Assembly: GCA_045612945.1 (NCBI GenBank)
Contig: JAZLAA010000143.1
Location: 1 to 45,357, forward strand
Origin: Elusimicrobiaceae bacterium
Lineage (GTDB): Bacteria > Elusimicrobiota > Elusimicrobia > Elusimicrobiales > Elusimicrobiaceae
Length of the DNA: 45,357 nt
Direction: 5' to 3'
A model generated the notes under the pieces. It had not been told where the DNA came from and searched no databases. It was given only the letters and a program-made list of their open reading frames with translations. The position numbers and the translations under genes were made by a program. Positions within the stretch are counted from its first letter, which is position 1. Every line of letters starts with the position of its first letter. Below, in pieces: positions 1 to 11,826 of the stretch.

Positions 1-1167
1 CCCTTCGGGCGGCACTTGGTAAGGGGTTTTAAGCCATTTTTTAGCTAAATCGTCAAAACCCCATTTATCTTTAAAACTAAGCACGTGTTTGTATTGGGCT
101 ATGGCCTTTTCGCGCTCGCCCAGCACGTCATACACTTGGCCCAGGCGCAGTTCGTTCCATACGCCCCAACGGCTGGGGGCTTGGCTTTTTAATTTAGTAT
201 GGCCTTCTTCAAAAAGCTGGCGGGCTTTTTCAAAATTTCCTTGGGCCATTTGGGCGGTACCCAGGGCAGTATAAGCGCGGGGAATGTAAATGTTTTTATA
301 AAACGGGTCTGTACCAATGCGGGTTAAAAAATCGTTGGCTTGGGCGGCTACTTGTTCGTAATTTTTTGTTTCATACAAGCAAATAATTTCCACATAGTGC
401 ATCAGCGGATTGTTGGGGAATTTGGCCCGCAACTGGCGGATATACTCCAGCGATTTCTGCGGAGCATAAAACGGGCTGTTGCGCGTATTTTGGATTTCTA
501 TTAAAATCAGTTGGGCACTATCGGCGGTAAAATGGGCCCTGGCTTGGGCTGTACGCAAAAACGAAACTCCACGCTGCGGATTGCCTTTAATGGCAACCAA
601 CCGGGCTAAAGCTTGAATGACACCGGGTAGCGTTCCGGCAAAATACTCATACACTCCCAGCCCAAAATAGGCATCATAATACGTAGGATCTAATTCCAGC
701 GATTTATTTAAATTGCTAATAGCCTTACGCCCGGCAAAGTAAGCCGTGATCCAATTGCGGTTACGCATATTAAACAGCGCACGCAATCCGTACAGAGCCC
801 CCAAGCCCATATAGCCGTTGGCGTCTTGCGGGTTTTGTTTAATCCAGCGTTTGATGCCGTCAATGGAAGTATCTAACGTATTTTCAAACAGTTGACGTTG
901 GCGCTCATCGCTGGTTTCAAATTCATACTCGTAGCGGCTCCAGGCAATCATGGCGTTGCCAAAATGGGCAAACGGGTGGTCCGGCGAGGCCTCAAACACC
1001 GCTTGGATGTTCTTTTGGGCGGTGTCAAAATCCAAACTATACACCCCGTTAATCCCTTCCGTGGCGTGGGCCATAATATCCGGTGGCAAAAATAGCTCCG
1101 CACGGGCAGGAAGCAGACCTCCCCACCCCAGCACAAGGGCCAATGCCATACACAACCCTTTACGCAT
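1..1167 (-). CDS. Secreted TPR-repeat protein (3' end runs off window)
   Basis: Not in the ORF track because it is open to the window edge. Manual translation from ATG 1167: MRKGLCMALALVLGWGGLLPARAE (signal peptide), with TPR-like segments ...LELDPTYYDAYFGLGVYEY... and ...LRLGQVYDVLGEREKAIAQY. Start overlaps the serS stop (TAATG). Confidence 0.8.
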   Translation of the reverse strand, partial: MRKGLCMALALVLGWGGLLPARAELFLPPDIMAHATEGINGVYSLDFDTAQKNIQAVFEASPDHPFAHFGNAMIAWSRYEYEFETSDERQRQLFENTLDTSIDGIKRWIKQNPQDANGYMGLGALYGLRALFNMRNRNWITAYFAGRKAISNLNKSLELDPTYYDAYFGLGVYEYFAGTLPGVIQALARLVAIKGNPQRGVSFLRTAQARAHFTADSAQLILIEIQNTRNSPFYAPQKSLEYIRQLRAKFPNNPLMHYVEIICLYETKNYEQVAAQANDFLTRIGTDPFYKNIYIPRAYTALGTAQMAQGNFEKARQLFEEGHTKLKSQAPSRWGVWNELRLGQVYDVLGEREKAIAQYKHVLSFKDKWGFDDLAKKWLKTPYQVPPEG

Positions 1168-2453
1168 TAGTTAGCCTCAATTTTGTCTTTGCCAAAGTAA
1201 GGGCGTAAAGCCTGCGGAATAATTACAGAGCCGTCTTTTTGTTGGAAATTTTCCAAAATCGCGGCAAACGTGCGCCCCACCGCAAGCCCGCTGCCGTTTA
1301 GGGTGTGCACATATTCCAATTTGCCTTGGGCATTTTTAAAACGCAATCCCATACGCCGGGCTTGGAAGTCCAAACAGTTAGAGCAAGAAGAAATTTCACG
1401 GAAGCGGTTTTCGCTGGGCATCCAAACTTCTATATCATACGTTTTGGCGGATGAAAAACCAATATCACCACTGCATAGTTCTACTACGTGGTACGGAATT
1501 TCCAGCGCTTTTAAAATATCCTGTGCGTCTAACACCATTTGCTCCAGCATCTCGTACGAATTTTCAGGCTTAGAAAGCATCACCAACTCTACTTTATCAA
1601 ACTGGTGGTTACGGATAAGACCCCGGGTGTCTTTGCCATACGTGCCCGATTCTTTACGAAAACAGGGTGAGTAAGCCGTTAGTTTAATGGGCAATTCCGC
1701 TTCGGCCACTACGCGGGTGCGGTTTAAGTTGGTAAGCGGAATTTCAGCGGTGGAAATTAAAAATTGTTTGGGTTCGCCGGTTAGTTCATACATATCCTCA
1801 CGGAATTTAGGCAATTGCCCCGTACCCACCAAAATATTTTCATTCACAATGACCGGGGGTAAAATTTCGGTATAACCTTTCTGGGCGTGACGGTCCAGCA
1901 TAAAGGCAATAATCGCCCGTTCCAGCCGGGCCCCTTCCCCTCTAAACAAGGCAAACCGGCTACCGGATAAAGCGGCGGCGGCCTGAAAATCTAAAATCCC
2001 TAATTTTTCACCAATTTCCTGGTGGTCCAGCGGTTTAAAATCAAACGTCGGCAAAGGAATCGTACAAGGCACCACTTCCGGGTTGTCCGCATCCGAAACT
2101 CCCACCGGGATTTTTTCGTTCGGCAGGTTGGGAATACGTAATAGCAAATTATCAATTTCTGCTTTTTGAGGTTCTAAGGCCGCTTCCGCCACCGCCATTT
2201 CTTCTTTAATTTTACCCACCGTAGCCATGGCTTCTTGGGCGGCAGTATCGCCTTGTTCTTTTTTGATTTTACCGATAGATTTAGAAATCTCGTTACGTTT
2301 GGCGCGCAATTCTTCCACGCGGGCCAATACTTTTTTGTAAGCGTCGTATTTGGTAATTACTTCATCAATTTGTGTGGCAAGTTCCGCTTTGCGTAAAGAC
2401 AAGCGGCGTTTGATTTCTTCGGGGTTGGCAATAATTTGTTTAATATCTAGCAT
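1167..2453 (-). CDS. serS: Serine--tRNA ligase
   Basis: MLDIK N-terminal coiled-coil arm; TAEIPL, FRKESG..GKDTRGLIRNHQFDKVE, EISSCSNC.DFQARR, HTLNGSGLAVGRT. Confidence 0.98.
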   Translation of the reverse strand: MLDIKQIIANPEEIKRRLSLRKAELATQIDEVITKYDAYKKVLARVEELRAKRNEISKSIGKIKKEQGDTAAQEAMATVGKIKEEMAVAEAALEPQKAEIDNLLLRIPNLPNEKIPVGVSDADNPEVVPCTIPLPTFDFKPLDHQEIGEKLGILDFQAAAALSGSRFALFRGEGARLERAIIAFMLDRHAQKGYTEILPPVIVNENILVGTGQLPKFREDMYELTGEPKQFLISTAEIPLTNLNRTRVVAEAELPIKLTAYSPCFRKESGTYGKDTRGLIRNHQFDKVELVMLSKPENSYEMLEQMVLDAQDILKALEIPYHVVELCSGDIGFSSAKTYDIEVWMPSENRFREISSCSNCLDFQARRMGLRFKNAQGKLEYVHTLNGSGLAVGRTFAAILENFQQKDGSVIIPQALRPYFGKDKIEAN

Positions 2454-2462
2454 AAGACCTCT

Positions 2463-2705
2463 TTATTTTGTATCTAAATCCAGTAAATACGGCTCCGGGA
2501 AAAAATGCCGGTACGGTTTAAATTGGGAAACAGCATACTCCATCGCGTAGGTGGTCAGCAAATTAAAACTAACGGGAGCCACCGTACTTTGCCCCGCCAC
2601 CAATACAATTACGATTAACACCAAGGTCACAAACATTGCCTTCACAAACGCAAAAAACGTTTTAAAGGCCAAAATAGCACTTTGGTGCGATAAAAAAAGG
2701 ATCAT
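2463..2705 (-). CDS. Small hypothetical membrane protein
   Basis: 80 aa with a hydrophobic segment; ATGA overlap with the upstream gene; fills the gap to serS. Confidence 0.55.
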   Translation of the reverse strand: MILFLSHQSAILAFKTFFAFVKAMFVTLVLIVIVLVAGQSTVAPVSFNLLTTYAMEYAVSQFKPYRHFFPEPYLLDLDTK

Positions 2706-3379
2706 ACTTCCCTCCGTCTTTTGGCAAGTTCCTTGGAAAAGCTTTTAATAAGCCGCCGGGCCATTGCATCGGCCGCCTCCAAGGCAAGGGAGCTTTCTTG
2801 CGAATCGGACCCTATCCAAATAATTTCTGCCGTTTCCACATCCACCAATTTGGCAATTAAAGACACTTTAGCGTTAATGGTATATTCGGTGGGACGTACG
2901 TCCATCTGCTGGGAAACTTGCGTTCCTACCGGGCGGGTATAGCCCACAAAAGTACCATCGGGCATTTTCATCACTTCTTGGCGCATAACCGGGTGCGATT
3001 CACTGCGCCTGGAAGAGGTAAGTGCCAGCTCTGTACGCGCTGGGGTGTAGGAACTGATTTCACCAATTAAAAGCACATCTACCCCTAAAATACGGCCAAT
3101 CTCGCGCGTAGTTTGCGGGGCTAAATAGCCAGAAACAGAAATATGATGCTCACTTAAAACACTTTCCAATTGTGCGCGTTCCACCACTTTAAAACCGTCG
3201 CGGATGAGGTATTTGGCAAACAAATTTTCTACCCCGTTTAAATCCGCCCACGGGCTGGAAAATGCCATAATCCCTATTCTGTTAATTTGGCCAAAATCAT
3301 AGGTTGGGCTAATTACTGTTTTAGGAGTACACGCCCCCAATACAAGCCCTATACATAACCATAACGTCCACTTACGCAT
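2702..3379 (-). CDS. CsgG/HfaB-like lipoprotein
   Basis: Lipobox LGAC; FKVVERAQLESVLSE, EIGRILGVDVLLIG, KLVDVETAEIIW motifs. Confidence 0.8.
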   Translation of the reverse strand: MRKWTLWLCIGLVLGACTPKTVISPTYDFGQINRIGIMAFSSPWADLNGVENLFAKYLIRDGFKVVERAQLESVLSEHHISVSGYLAPQTTREIGRILGVDVLLIGEISSYTPARTELALTSSRRSESHPVMRQEVMKMPDGTFVGYTRPVGTQVSQQMDVRPTEYTINAKVSLIAKLVDVETAEIIWIGSDSQESSLALEAADAMARRLIKSFSKELAKRRREV

Positions 3380-3466
3380 GTTTTCATTATATAATTTTAA
3401 CTCCCTGTTGTAAAAAAAGCTGAAAAAATTTACAATATACGTATCTTACACAGCACAAGGAGAGGT

Positions 3467-4096
3467 ATGAAAAAAATACTTTTAGCAGGAACATTGTTGT
3501 TTGCGATTACAACCACTTTTGCACAAAACTATTACCCGGTACATGATTACGGCCTTAGAGAAGGAACTACCCGTATAGAACTCTACGGTGGTATGGTTTT
3601 ACCGCAAAGCGCCTGGACGCACGGTGGGGAGAAAATTGATTTAGGAACCACCGGTTGGTCTGCCGGGATGGGTTTTTACCGCAACATTTCCCGCGTGGTA
3701 ACACTGGGGTTGGACGGCAACTATGCCCAATATGGCGATGGCGATAAACGTGCGGACGGTTCTTACTTACGCACCGGGGTAGCCACCGGGTTAGTAGCTG
3801 GACGTGTGAATTTCTTCCCACGCCACTCTACACGCTTATATATCCCGATGGGAATTGGGGTAGGCCACATCTTTACCCGCCAAAAAAATGCGGATAACTC
3901 CCACGTTACGCATGACAGTACAGACCTGGCCGGCATGTTAGGGTTGGGCTTAGAATTTGACATTGACGAGGATGTTATTTTCGGGCTGGAAGGCCGCTAT
4001 TACCGCATAGAAACCCGCGATGACTTTAAAACCGCTTTTGGCAAAGGGCATACCCACTATACAGAAGTTTTGCTTAAATTCGGCTTTAGATTTTAA
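3467..4096 (+). CDS. Outer-membrane beta-barrel protein (OmpA/OmpW-like transmembrane domain)
   Basis: Signal peptide, alternating beta-strand pattern, GLGLEFDI..FGLEGRY, C-terminal GFRF; RBS AAGGAG. Confidence 0.8.
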   Translation: MKKILLAGTLLFAITTTFAQNYYPVHDYGLREGTTRIELYGGMVLPQSAWTHGGEKIDLGTTGWSAGMGFYRNISRVVTLGLDGNYAQYGDGDKRADGSYLRTGVATGLVAGRVNFFPRHSTRLYIPMGIGVGHIFTRQKNADNSHVTHDSTDLAGMLGLGLEFDIDEDVIFGLEGRYYRIETRDDFKTAFGKGHTHYTEVLLKFGFRF

Positions 4097-4114
4097 GGTT
4101 CACTAAAATTGTTT

Positions 4115-4149
4115 AAAAGGCTCTTTGCGTTATGCAGAGAGCCTTTTTT
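4115..4149. terminator. Bidirectional intrinsic terminator
   Basis: AAAAGGCTCT(T)TGC-loop-GCAGAGAGCCTTTTTT between convergent OMP and atpC. Confidence 0.8.
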
Positions 4150-4179
4150 GTATTTCACAACCGTTACTTATCCAAAAAA

Positions 4180-4592
4180 CTACACCTGTTTTTTGCGTTT
4201 TACTTTCATGCGGGTAAGCGCTTGTTTGATTTCTATTTCTGCCAGTTCAAAATCTATATCTGCATCTTTTTTAGATAAAGACTCTTTGAGGGCTTTTATG
4301 CGCTGTTTTTCTTTTTCTTCGTCAATTTCCCCAGCCAGGGCGGCGCTTTCGGCAAATACGTTTACTTCGTCATTGAGCACTTCTACAAAGCCCCCCATGG
4401 CGGCAAATTCTTCTTCCTGCCCGTCTGCTTTGTAACGCAAAGACCCCATCCCCAGCTGCACAATGGTTTTAATATGCCCGGGCAAAATGCCCATTTCGCC
4501 CAAAAGGGCAGGCAAAATAACCATATCTACCGGTTTATCAGTAATGAGTTGCTTTTCGGGAGTGATGAGGTTTAGACGAAGTTTTTTGGACA

Positions 4593-4593
<1 letters not shown>
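4180..4593 (-). CDS. atpC: ATP synthase F1 epsilon subunit
   Basis: LITPE, GEMGILPGH, GGFVEV; last gene of the atp operon. Confidence 0.95.
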
Positions 4594-6928
<2,335 letters not shown>

Positions 6929-6931
6929 AAT

Positions 6932-7867
6932 TTACCGGTTTTCTGCTTTTAGGGTAGCTACATAATCCGCTATACCAGCTTCTAGGGTATAATCCGGCGT
7001 GTAACCTAGCTTTTCCTTGGATTTAGTAATATCTGCCTGTGTTTTAAGCTGGAAGAACGGATACGGATTATCTATATATTCCGGTTCTAAATGAGTGCCC
7101 ATTTCTTTATTTAGGCAGGCAATAATTTCGTTATAATCCCGCGGAACGCCCGTAGCCGCATTATAAACGCCGTTCTCTTTGCCATTGGTCAAGGCACACA
7201 GGTTAATTTTTACAATATCTTTTACATAGACAAAATCACGTTGTTGCTCTCCATGTTTAAAAACACGGGGGCGCTTGCCTTCCTTCATCTGTAAATATAA
7301 CTGATACACCATACTGGCCATTTTCCCCTTGTAATACTCACCGGGACCATAAACATTAAAATAGCGAAGGCCGATAATGGTCATGTCATTATTATCTTCT
7401 GCAAATTGGCGAGCTACATTATCCATAATGGCTTTAGAAAAACCATATACATTTTCCGGGTGAGTGGGCTGTGTTTCCACGTTAGGAACCGGGCCGTTAC
7501 CGTAAGTAGCTGCGGAAGAAGCATAAATTACTTTTTTAATCCCGTTTTCGGCCGCAAAACCCAACAAATTTTTAAAAGCTTCTACGTTTTGCTCCATCAT
7601 GGCCCGTTGGTCCATGACGGTGGTATCGGTAATAGCAGCTTCATGGAAAATGGCATCAAAATACATATCACTGGGAATATAATTAAACAAGTCTGTGGTA
7701 ATTACATCCCCTTTAAAACCGATTAAATTTTTAAAATGCCCATTCTTTTGAAAATCATCCAACACGGTTACTTCGTGCCCTTGGGCCTCCAGCGTTTTGG
7801 CAATATTACTGCCGATAAAACCGGCCCCGCCTGTAACTAAGTATTTCTTTCTGTTTTTAGTTTCCAT
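6932..7867 (-). CDS. hldD: ADP-L-glycero-D-manno-heptose-6-epimerase (extended SDR)
   Basis: VTGGAGFIGSN, AITDTT, YASSAATYG, YGFSK (YxxxK), LRYFNVYGPGEYYKGKMASM, RDFVYVKD. Confidence 0.9.
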   Translation of the reverse strand: METKNRKKYLVTGGAGFIGSNIAKTLEAQGHEVTVLDDFQKNGHFKNLIGFKGDVITTDLFNYIPSDMYFDAIFHEAAITDTTVMDQRAMMEQNVEAFKNLLGFAAENGIKKVIYASSAATYGNGPVPNVETQPTHPENVYGFSKAIMDNVARQFAEDNNDMTIIGLRYFNVYGPGEYYKGKMASMVYQLYLQMKEGKRPRVFKHGEQQRDFVYVKDIVKINLCALTNGKENGVYNAATGVPRDYNEIIACLNKEMGTHLEPEYIDNPYPFFQLKTQADITKSKEKLGYTPDYTLEAGIADYVATLKAENR

Positions 7868-7876
7868 ACATTCTCC

Positions 7877-9400
7877 TTAAGCCGGTTTAAAAACCGTTTT
7901 AAATTCGTCTAAAATTTGTTGCATTTGCGCTTCTACTTCTTCCGTTAGCCCGGGGGCTGTATTTAAAGCGGCCAACTGGTTTTTCTTTTGTGCCCGGGCA
8001 AAGGCCAACAACTCGCGCTCATAACGAAGCACCTGCGTAACCTCCAGTTCATCCAAATAACCGTGGGTTCCCGCATACAAAACCAACACTTCCTCCCCCA
8101 CTTGCAAAGGCGCATATTGGTTTTGTTTTAAAAGCTCCGTCATACGTTTACCGCGAGCAATTTGACGTTGTGATTCTTTATCTAGTTCGGAACCGAACTG
8201 AGCAAACCCCGCCAACTCTTGGTACTGGGATAAATCTATACGAAGTGTACCTGCCACTGCACGCATGGTTTTTCGTTGGGCACTACCCCCCACGCGGGAA
8301 ACGGAAAGCCCCACGTTGACAGCAGGCTTAATACCGCTTAAAAAGAGGTTACTTTCCAAATAAATCTGCCCGTCCGTAATGGAAATGACGTTGGTGGGAA
8401 TATAGGCAGACACGTCGTTTGCTTGCGTTTCAATAATAGGCAACGCCGTCAAAGACCCGCCGCCATTTTCCTGCGATAGCTTACACGCACGTTCTAAGAG
8501 GCGCGAGTGCAAGTAAAAAACGTCCCCCGGGTAAGCCTCGCGCCCTGGCGGACGGCGCAGTAACAAAGACATTTGGCGATAAGCCTGGGCATGTTTAGAA
8601 AGGTCGTCATACACAATCAGCACGTCCTTGCCTTGCCACATAAAGTATTCCCCAATTGCACATCCGGCGTACGGGGCAATATAGAGCAGAGAAGCCGGAT
8701 CCGAAGCGGTAGCGGAAACTACTACGGTATAATCCATTGCTCCAAAATCAGTCAGTGTCTGCACCACTTGAGCTACGGTGCTTTGTTTTTGCCCAATGGC
8801 TACATAAATACAAATACAGCGTTCCGATTCAGGGATATTTTTTTGGTTAATAATAGCATCTATGGCTATGGCAGTTTTGCCGGTTTGGCGGTCGCCAATA
8901 ATTAACTCACGCTGGCCTTTCCCAATCGGAACCAACGCATCAATTGCTTTAATACCCGTTTGCAAGGGCTGTTTAACAGGTTGGCGGTCTATAATCCCGG
9001 GGGCCACAATATCCAACGGCATGGTTTTATCTGCCTTAATTTCCCCTTTACCGTCTAGTGCGTTGCCCAACGGATCTACCACCCGGCCTATCACATCTTT
9101 ACCCACCGGAATGCTGATTACCTGGCCCGTGCGTTTGACCGTATCCCCTTCGTGCACCAAATGATCCGGCCCCATAAGCACGCATCCTACGTTATCATAC
9201 TCCAAATTTAAAGCCATCCCTTTTACGCCGTGTCCAAAATCCACCAGCTCGGAAGCTTTTACGTTATTTAAACCGTGCACGCGGGCAATACCGTCTCCCA
9301 CTTGAATAACGCTTCCTACCTCACTAATATCTAGCGAGGTATCAAAATGCTCTATTTTTTCTTTAATAATACGTGTTATTTCTTCAGGTCTTATTGCCAT
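7877..9400 (-). CDS. atpA: ATP synthase F1 alpha subunit
   Basis: [31 protein letters not shown]. Confidence 0.99.
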   Translation of the reverse strand: MAIRPEEITRIIKEKIEHFDTSLDISEVGSVIQVGDGIARVHGLNNVKASELVDFGHGVKGMALNLEYDNVGCVLMGPDHLVHEGDTVKRTGQVISIPVGKDVIGRVVDPLGNALDGKGEIKADKTMPLDIVAPGIIDRQPVKQPLQTGIKAIDALVPIGKGQRELIIGDRQTGKTAIAIDAIINQKNIPESERCICIYVAIGQKQSTVAQVVQTLTDFGAMDYTVVVSATASDPASLLYIAPYAGCAIGEYFMWQGKDVLIVYDDLSKHAQAYRQMSLLLRRPPGREAYPGDVFYLHSRLLERACKLSQENGGGSLTALPIIETQANDVSAYIPTNVISITDGQIYLESNLFLSGIKPAVNVGLSVSRVGGSAQRKTMRAVAGTLRIDLSQYQELAGFAQFGSELDKESQRQIARGKRMTELLKQNQYAPLQVGEEVLVLYAGTHGYLDELEVTQVLRYERELLAFARAQKKNQLAALNTAPGLTEEVEAQMQQILDEFKTVFKPA

Positions 9401-9412
9401 AACGTTTCTCTA

Positions 9413-9940
9413 TTATTTTGAAATTTCTGTTTGCAATTTTTCCAACTGGCGGCGTAAACTACCGTCTAATAATTCCCCGTGGCAACTAATTTTAAGCCCG
9501 CCTAAAAGTGAAGGTTCCGTTTGAAAGGTAGCCTCCACTCGCCCGCCGTAGCGCGCCTCCAGGGCGTGTTGGGTGGCCGCTTGTTGGGCCTGTGTAAGCG
9601 GCTCTGCCGAAACTACTTGTGCCCGGGAAATATGCGCCCTTTCATCCAACAAAACATTCACTTGGGCACACACTTCCTCCCATAAATTATACCGTTTGGC
9701 TTCCAGTAATGCGCCTATCAACGCGGCGGCCTGTGGGAGTTCTTTCAATGCCGCTTGCACCGCTTCCTTTTTTTGATGGGAAGACACTTGCGGACTTTTC
9801 AAAATGCTTTGCACCGGAGACAAAAGCGTAGATGCCTCTTCTAGCTGGGCCGCATATTGGGTAGCCTGCTTTGTAGAGGTACTTAATTGGTCATATGCTT
9901 GGGCATAACGCCAAGCAACTAACCGCTGGGATGCATTCAT
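9413..9940 (-). CDS. atpH: ATP synthase delta subunit
   Basis: VAWRYAQA, EPSLLGGLKI..LDGSLRRQL; position between atpF and atpA. Confidence 0.92.
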   Translation of the reverse strand: MNASQRLVAWRYAQAYDQLSTSTKQATQYAAQLEEASTLLSPVQSILKSPQVSSHQKKEAVQAALKELPQAAALIGALLEAKRYNLWEEVCAQVNVLLDERAHISRAQVVSAEPLTQAQQAATQHALEARYGGRVEATFQTEPSLLGGLKISCHGELLDGSLRRQLEKLQTEISK

Positions 9941-10431
9941 CGCCGTTTCACTTCCTCCAGCACATGGGCCACAATTTCTTCTGCCTCTTTACCTTTTACT
10001 TGTTTTTCTAACACGCGCGAGGCCGCCAGTAAACTTAAAGAAGAAATTTCACCGCGCACTTCAGACAAAGCTTGGTTTTTTTCCGCTTCAATTTGCTCTT
10101 TTGCCTGCGTTAGCAGCGCTTGGGCCTGTGTTTTGGCCTGAGCCAATAGCTCTTCTTTTTGCGCTTCTCCCATTTTAACAGCCGCCGCCATTTTTTGGGC
10201 CGCTTCTTCGGAAATTTGGGCTAAACGTTTCTCTAACTCTTGCTTTAATTCTTCTGCCGTTTGGCGTGCTTGGGCAGCAGTTTGTTTATCTGTTTGGATT
10301 TGGTGTTCGCGTTTTTCTAAAGCACCGATAACCGGCCCCCACGCAAATTTTTTGAGCAAATACACCAAAAGCAAAAAGTTACAAACCGTTAATGCCAGTA
10401 CGCCAAAGTCAGGTTTTAATAAATCTTCCAT
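9937..10431 (-). CDS. atpF: ATP synthase F0 b subunit
   Basis: N-terminal TM NFLLLVYLLKKFAWGP followed by a long coiled coil. Confidence 0.95.
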   Translation of the reverse strand: MEDLLKPDFGVLALTVCNFLLLVYLLKKFAWGPVIGALEKREHQIQTDKQTAAQARQTAEELKQELEKRLAQISEEAAQKMAAAVKMGEAQKEELLAQAKTQAQALLTQAKEQIEAEKNQALSEVRGEISSLSLLAASRVLEKQVKGKEAEEIVAHVLEEVKRR

Positions 10432-10435
10432 AATT

Positions 10436-10666
10436 TTATTTCATGACCATGGTTAGTAAGCAAATTACTAATCCTAACATGGCGGCCCCTTCTAACAAGG
10501 CGGCAATAATAATCATGGTGGTACGCAAATCCCCGGCAGCTTCCGGCTGGCGGGCAGCGCCTTCCAAAGCCGCCGCACCGATTTTACCTAACCCGAATCC
10601 GGCGCCTAATACAACCAGTCCCGCACCGATACCGGCTGCGATATATTTGAGTGCTACAAGTTCCAT
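10436..10666 (-). CDS. atpE: ATP synthase F0 c subunit (76 aa; start revised to MELVALK)
   Basis: GAGFGLG, ARQPE loop, conserved Glu in ALLEGA; RBS AAGGAGAG before ATG 10666. No E-S/T Na+ signature, so probably H+-coupled. Confidence 0.95.
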   Translation of the reverse strand: MELVALKYIAAGIGAGLVVLGAGFGLGKIGAAALEGAARQPEAAGDLRTTMIIIAALLEGAAMLGLVICLLTMVMK

Positions 10667-10700
10667 ACCTCTCTCCTTATGGGCAATAGCCCGTTTAAAT

Positions 10701-11462
10701 TTAATGCGTATGAATGACGGCCCCGGCAAAAATAGCCGTAAGCAACGTAAATACATACGCCTGCAAAAATGCAACTAATAACTCCAAACACGTCATAAAA
10801 ATTTCCAAGGCCATCGCGGGCAGTAACGCGCCGGCTCCGGCGGCTTTACTCATTTCACCTACGATGAAAATGATTAGCAGTAAGCAAATGAGCACCATGT
10901 GCCCCGAAAGCATATTGGCAAACAAACGGATGGCCAACACGCATACTTTAATAACCGTACTTACCACTTCCAGCGGGAAAATAAGCGGTACCAACCACCC
11001 CGGCGTGCCGGAGGGAACAAACCCTTTTAAAAAACCAATAAATCCGTGGTATTTTAGGCCGCTTAGCAAAATAAGTCCACCCGAACAAAGAGCCAATGCA
11101 GCGGTAACGGAAATGTTAGACGTAGCGGTTTTCATCTCCGGGATCATGCCCGCCAAATTGACACTTAAAATGAACAAAAACAGCGTACAAAAATATGGTA
11201 ATAACGGGCGGCCTTCGGCTCCCATATTAGGCAGGACAATTCCGCCGCGGATAAAAGATACATATTCTTCTAAAAGTACCTGCACCAATTGCCCGGCCCG
11301 GCTAGCGTGTTTGCGCGCGGCCCAGGACAAAACAACCACCAAAATTACACTCACCGCCAACAAGGTAACCGAATGGGTAGTTACCGGCAACCGGATTCCA
11401 CCCAGGGTTACTCCCCAGTCGTGATCTAAAATATGGTGTGATATAGTTTCAGCTACGTCCAT
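10701..11462 (-). CDS. atpB: ATP synthase F0 a subunit
   Basis: LAIRLFANMLSGH, LLVAFLQAYVFTLL. Confidence 0.97.
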   Translation of the reverse strand: MDVAETISHHILDHDWGVTLGGIRLPVTTHSVTLLAVSVILVVVLSWAARKHASRAGQLVQVLLEEYVSFIRGGIVLPNMGAEGRPLLPYFCTLFLFILSVNLAGMIPEMKTATSNISVTAALALCSGGLILLSGLKYHGFIGFLKGFVPSGTPGWLVPLIFPLEVVSTVIKVCVLAIRLFANMLSGHMVLICLLLIIFIVGEMSKAAGAGALLPAMALEIFMTCLELLVAFLQAYVFTLLTAIFAGAVIHTH

Positions 11463-11670
11463 TTTTACGCTCTTGGGCCACTTGGATTACGCGGTACAAT
11501 CCCAACGCAAACCCGAGAAAGACACCCCCCAGTAAACACCAGGGAAGCGTACCCAGTTTCGTATCCAAATACCAGCCTATGGCAGCCCCGACTATTTCTG
11601 TTAAAGCAAACTCCAACCCCAGCGAAGTAATTTTAACTTGGTCTTGCGCGTTAAACAGATTTGGTTTCAT
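11449..11670 (-). CDS. AtpZ/AtpI-family small membrane protein (start revised to MKPNLF)
   Basis: IGWYLDTKLGTLPWCLLGGVFLG motif; first gene of the atp operon; RBS GAGGA. Confidence 0.85.
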   Translation of the reverse strand: MKPNLFNAQDQVKITSLGLEFALTEIVGAAIGWYLDTKLGTLPWCLLGGVFLGFALGLYRVIQVAQERKNGRS

Positions 11671-11770
11671 GGGTTCCTCATAGGCGTGGGGGCCCTTTCT
11701 AGTATTATAAAAAAAAACAAGTTTCTTTTGTAGCAAAATTTTAAGCTAAAAAAGAAAGCATTAAACCAAT

Positions 11771-11808
11771 AAAAAAGACCCGGGCATTTATTTTTGTGCC
11801 CGGGTCTT
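11771..11808 (-). terminator. Intrinsic terminator after GH13 gene
   Basis: 12-bp stem AAGACCCGGGCA/TGCCCGGGTCTT with a U-run on the minus strand. Confidence 0.8.
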
Positions 11809-11826
11809 ACTTTTAAGCCAATAAAA

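Noticed and set aside
10436-10666. Na+-translocating or N-type ATPase
   Set aside because: The c subunit lacks the Gln and E-S/T Na+ ligands, and gene order is standard F-type with a separate delta subunit.
10436-10774. Apparent N-terminal extensions of atpE, atpZ, GH13, parB and the CGWC lipoprotein in the ORF track
   Set aside because: Downstream ATGs with good RBS give normal-length proteins, and several extensions overlap neighbouring genes or hairpins.
10714-11424. Long antisense ORFs (236 aa here; also 32824-33435, 17118-17579, 40164-40658, 13464-13940)
   Set aside because: They are shadows of well-supported housekeeping genes on the opposite strand, with no motifs or RBS.
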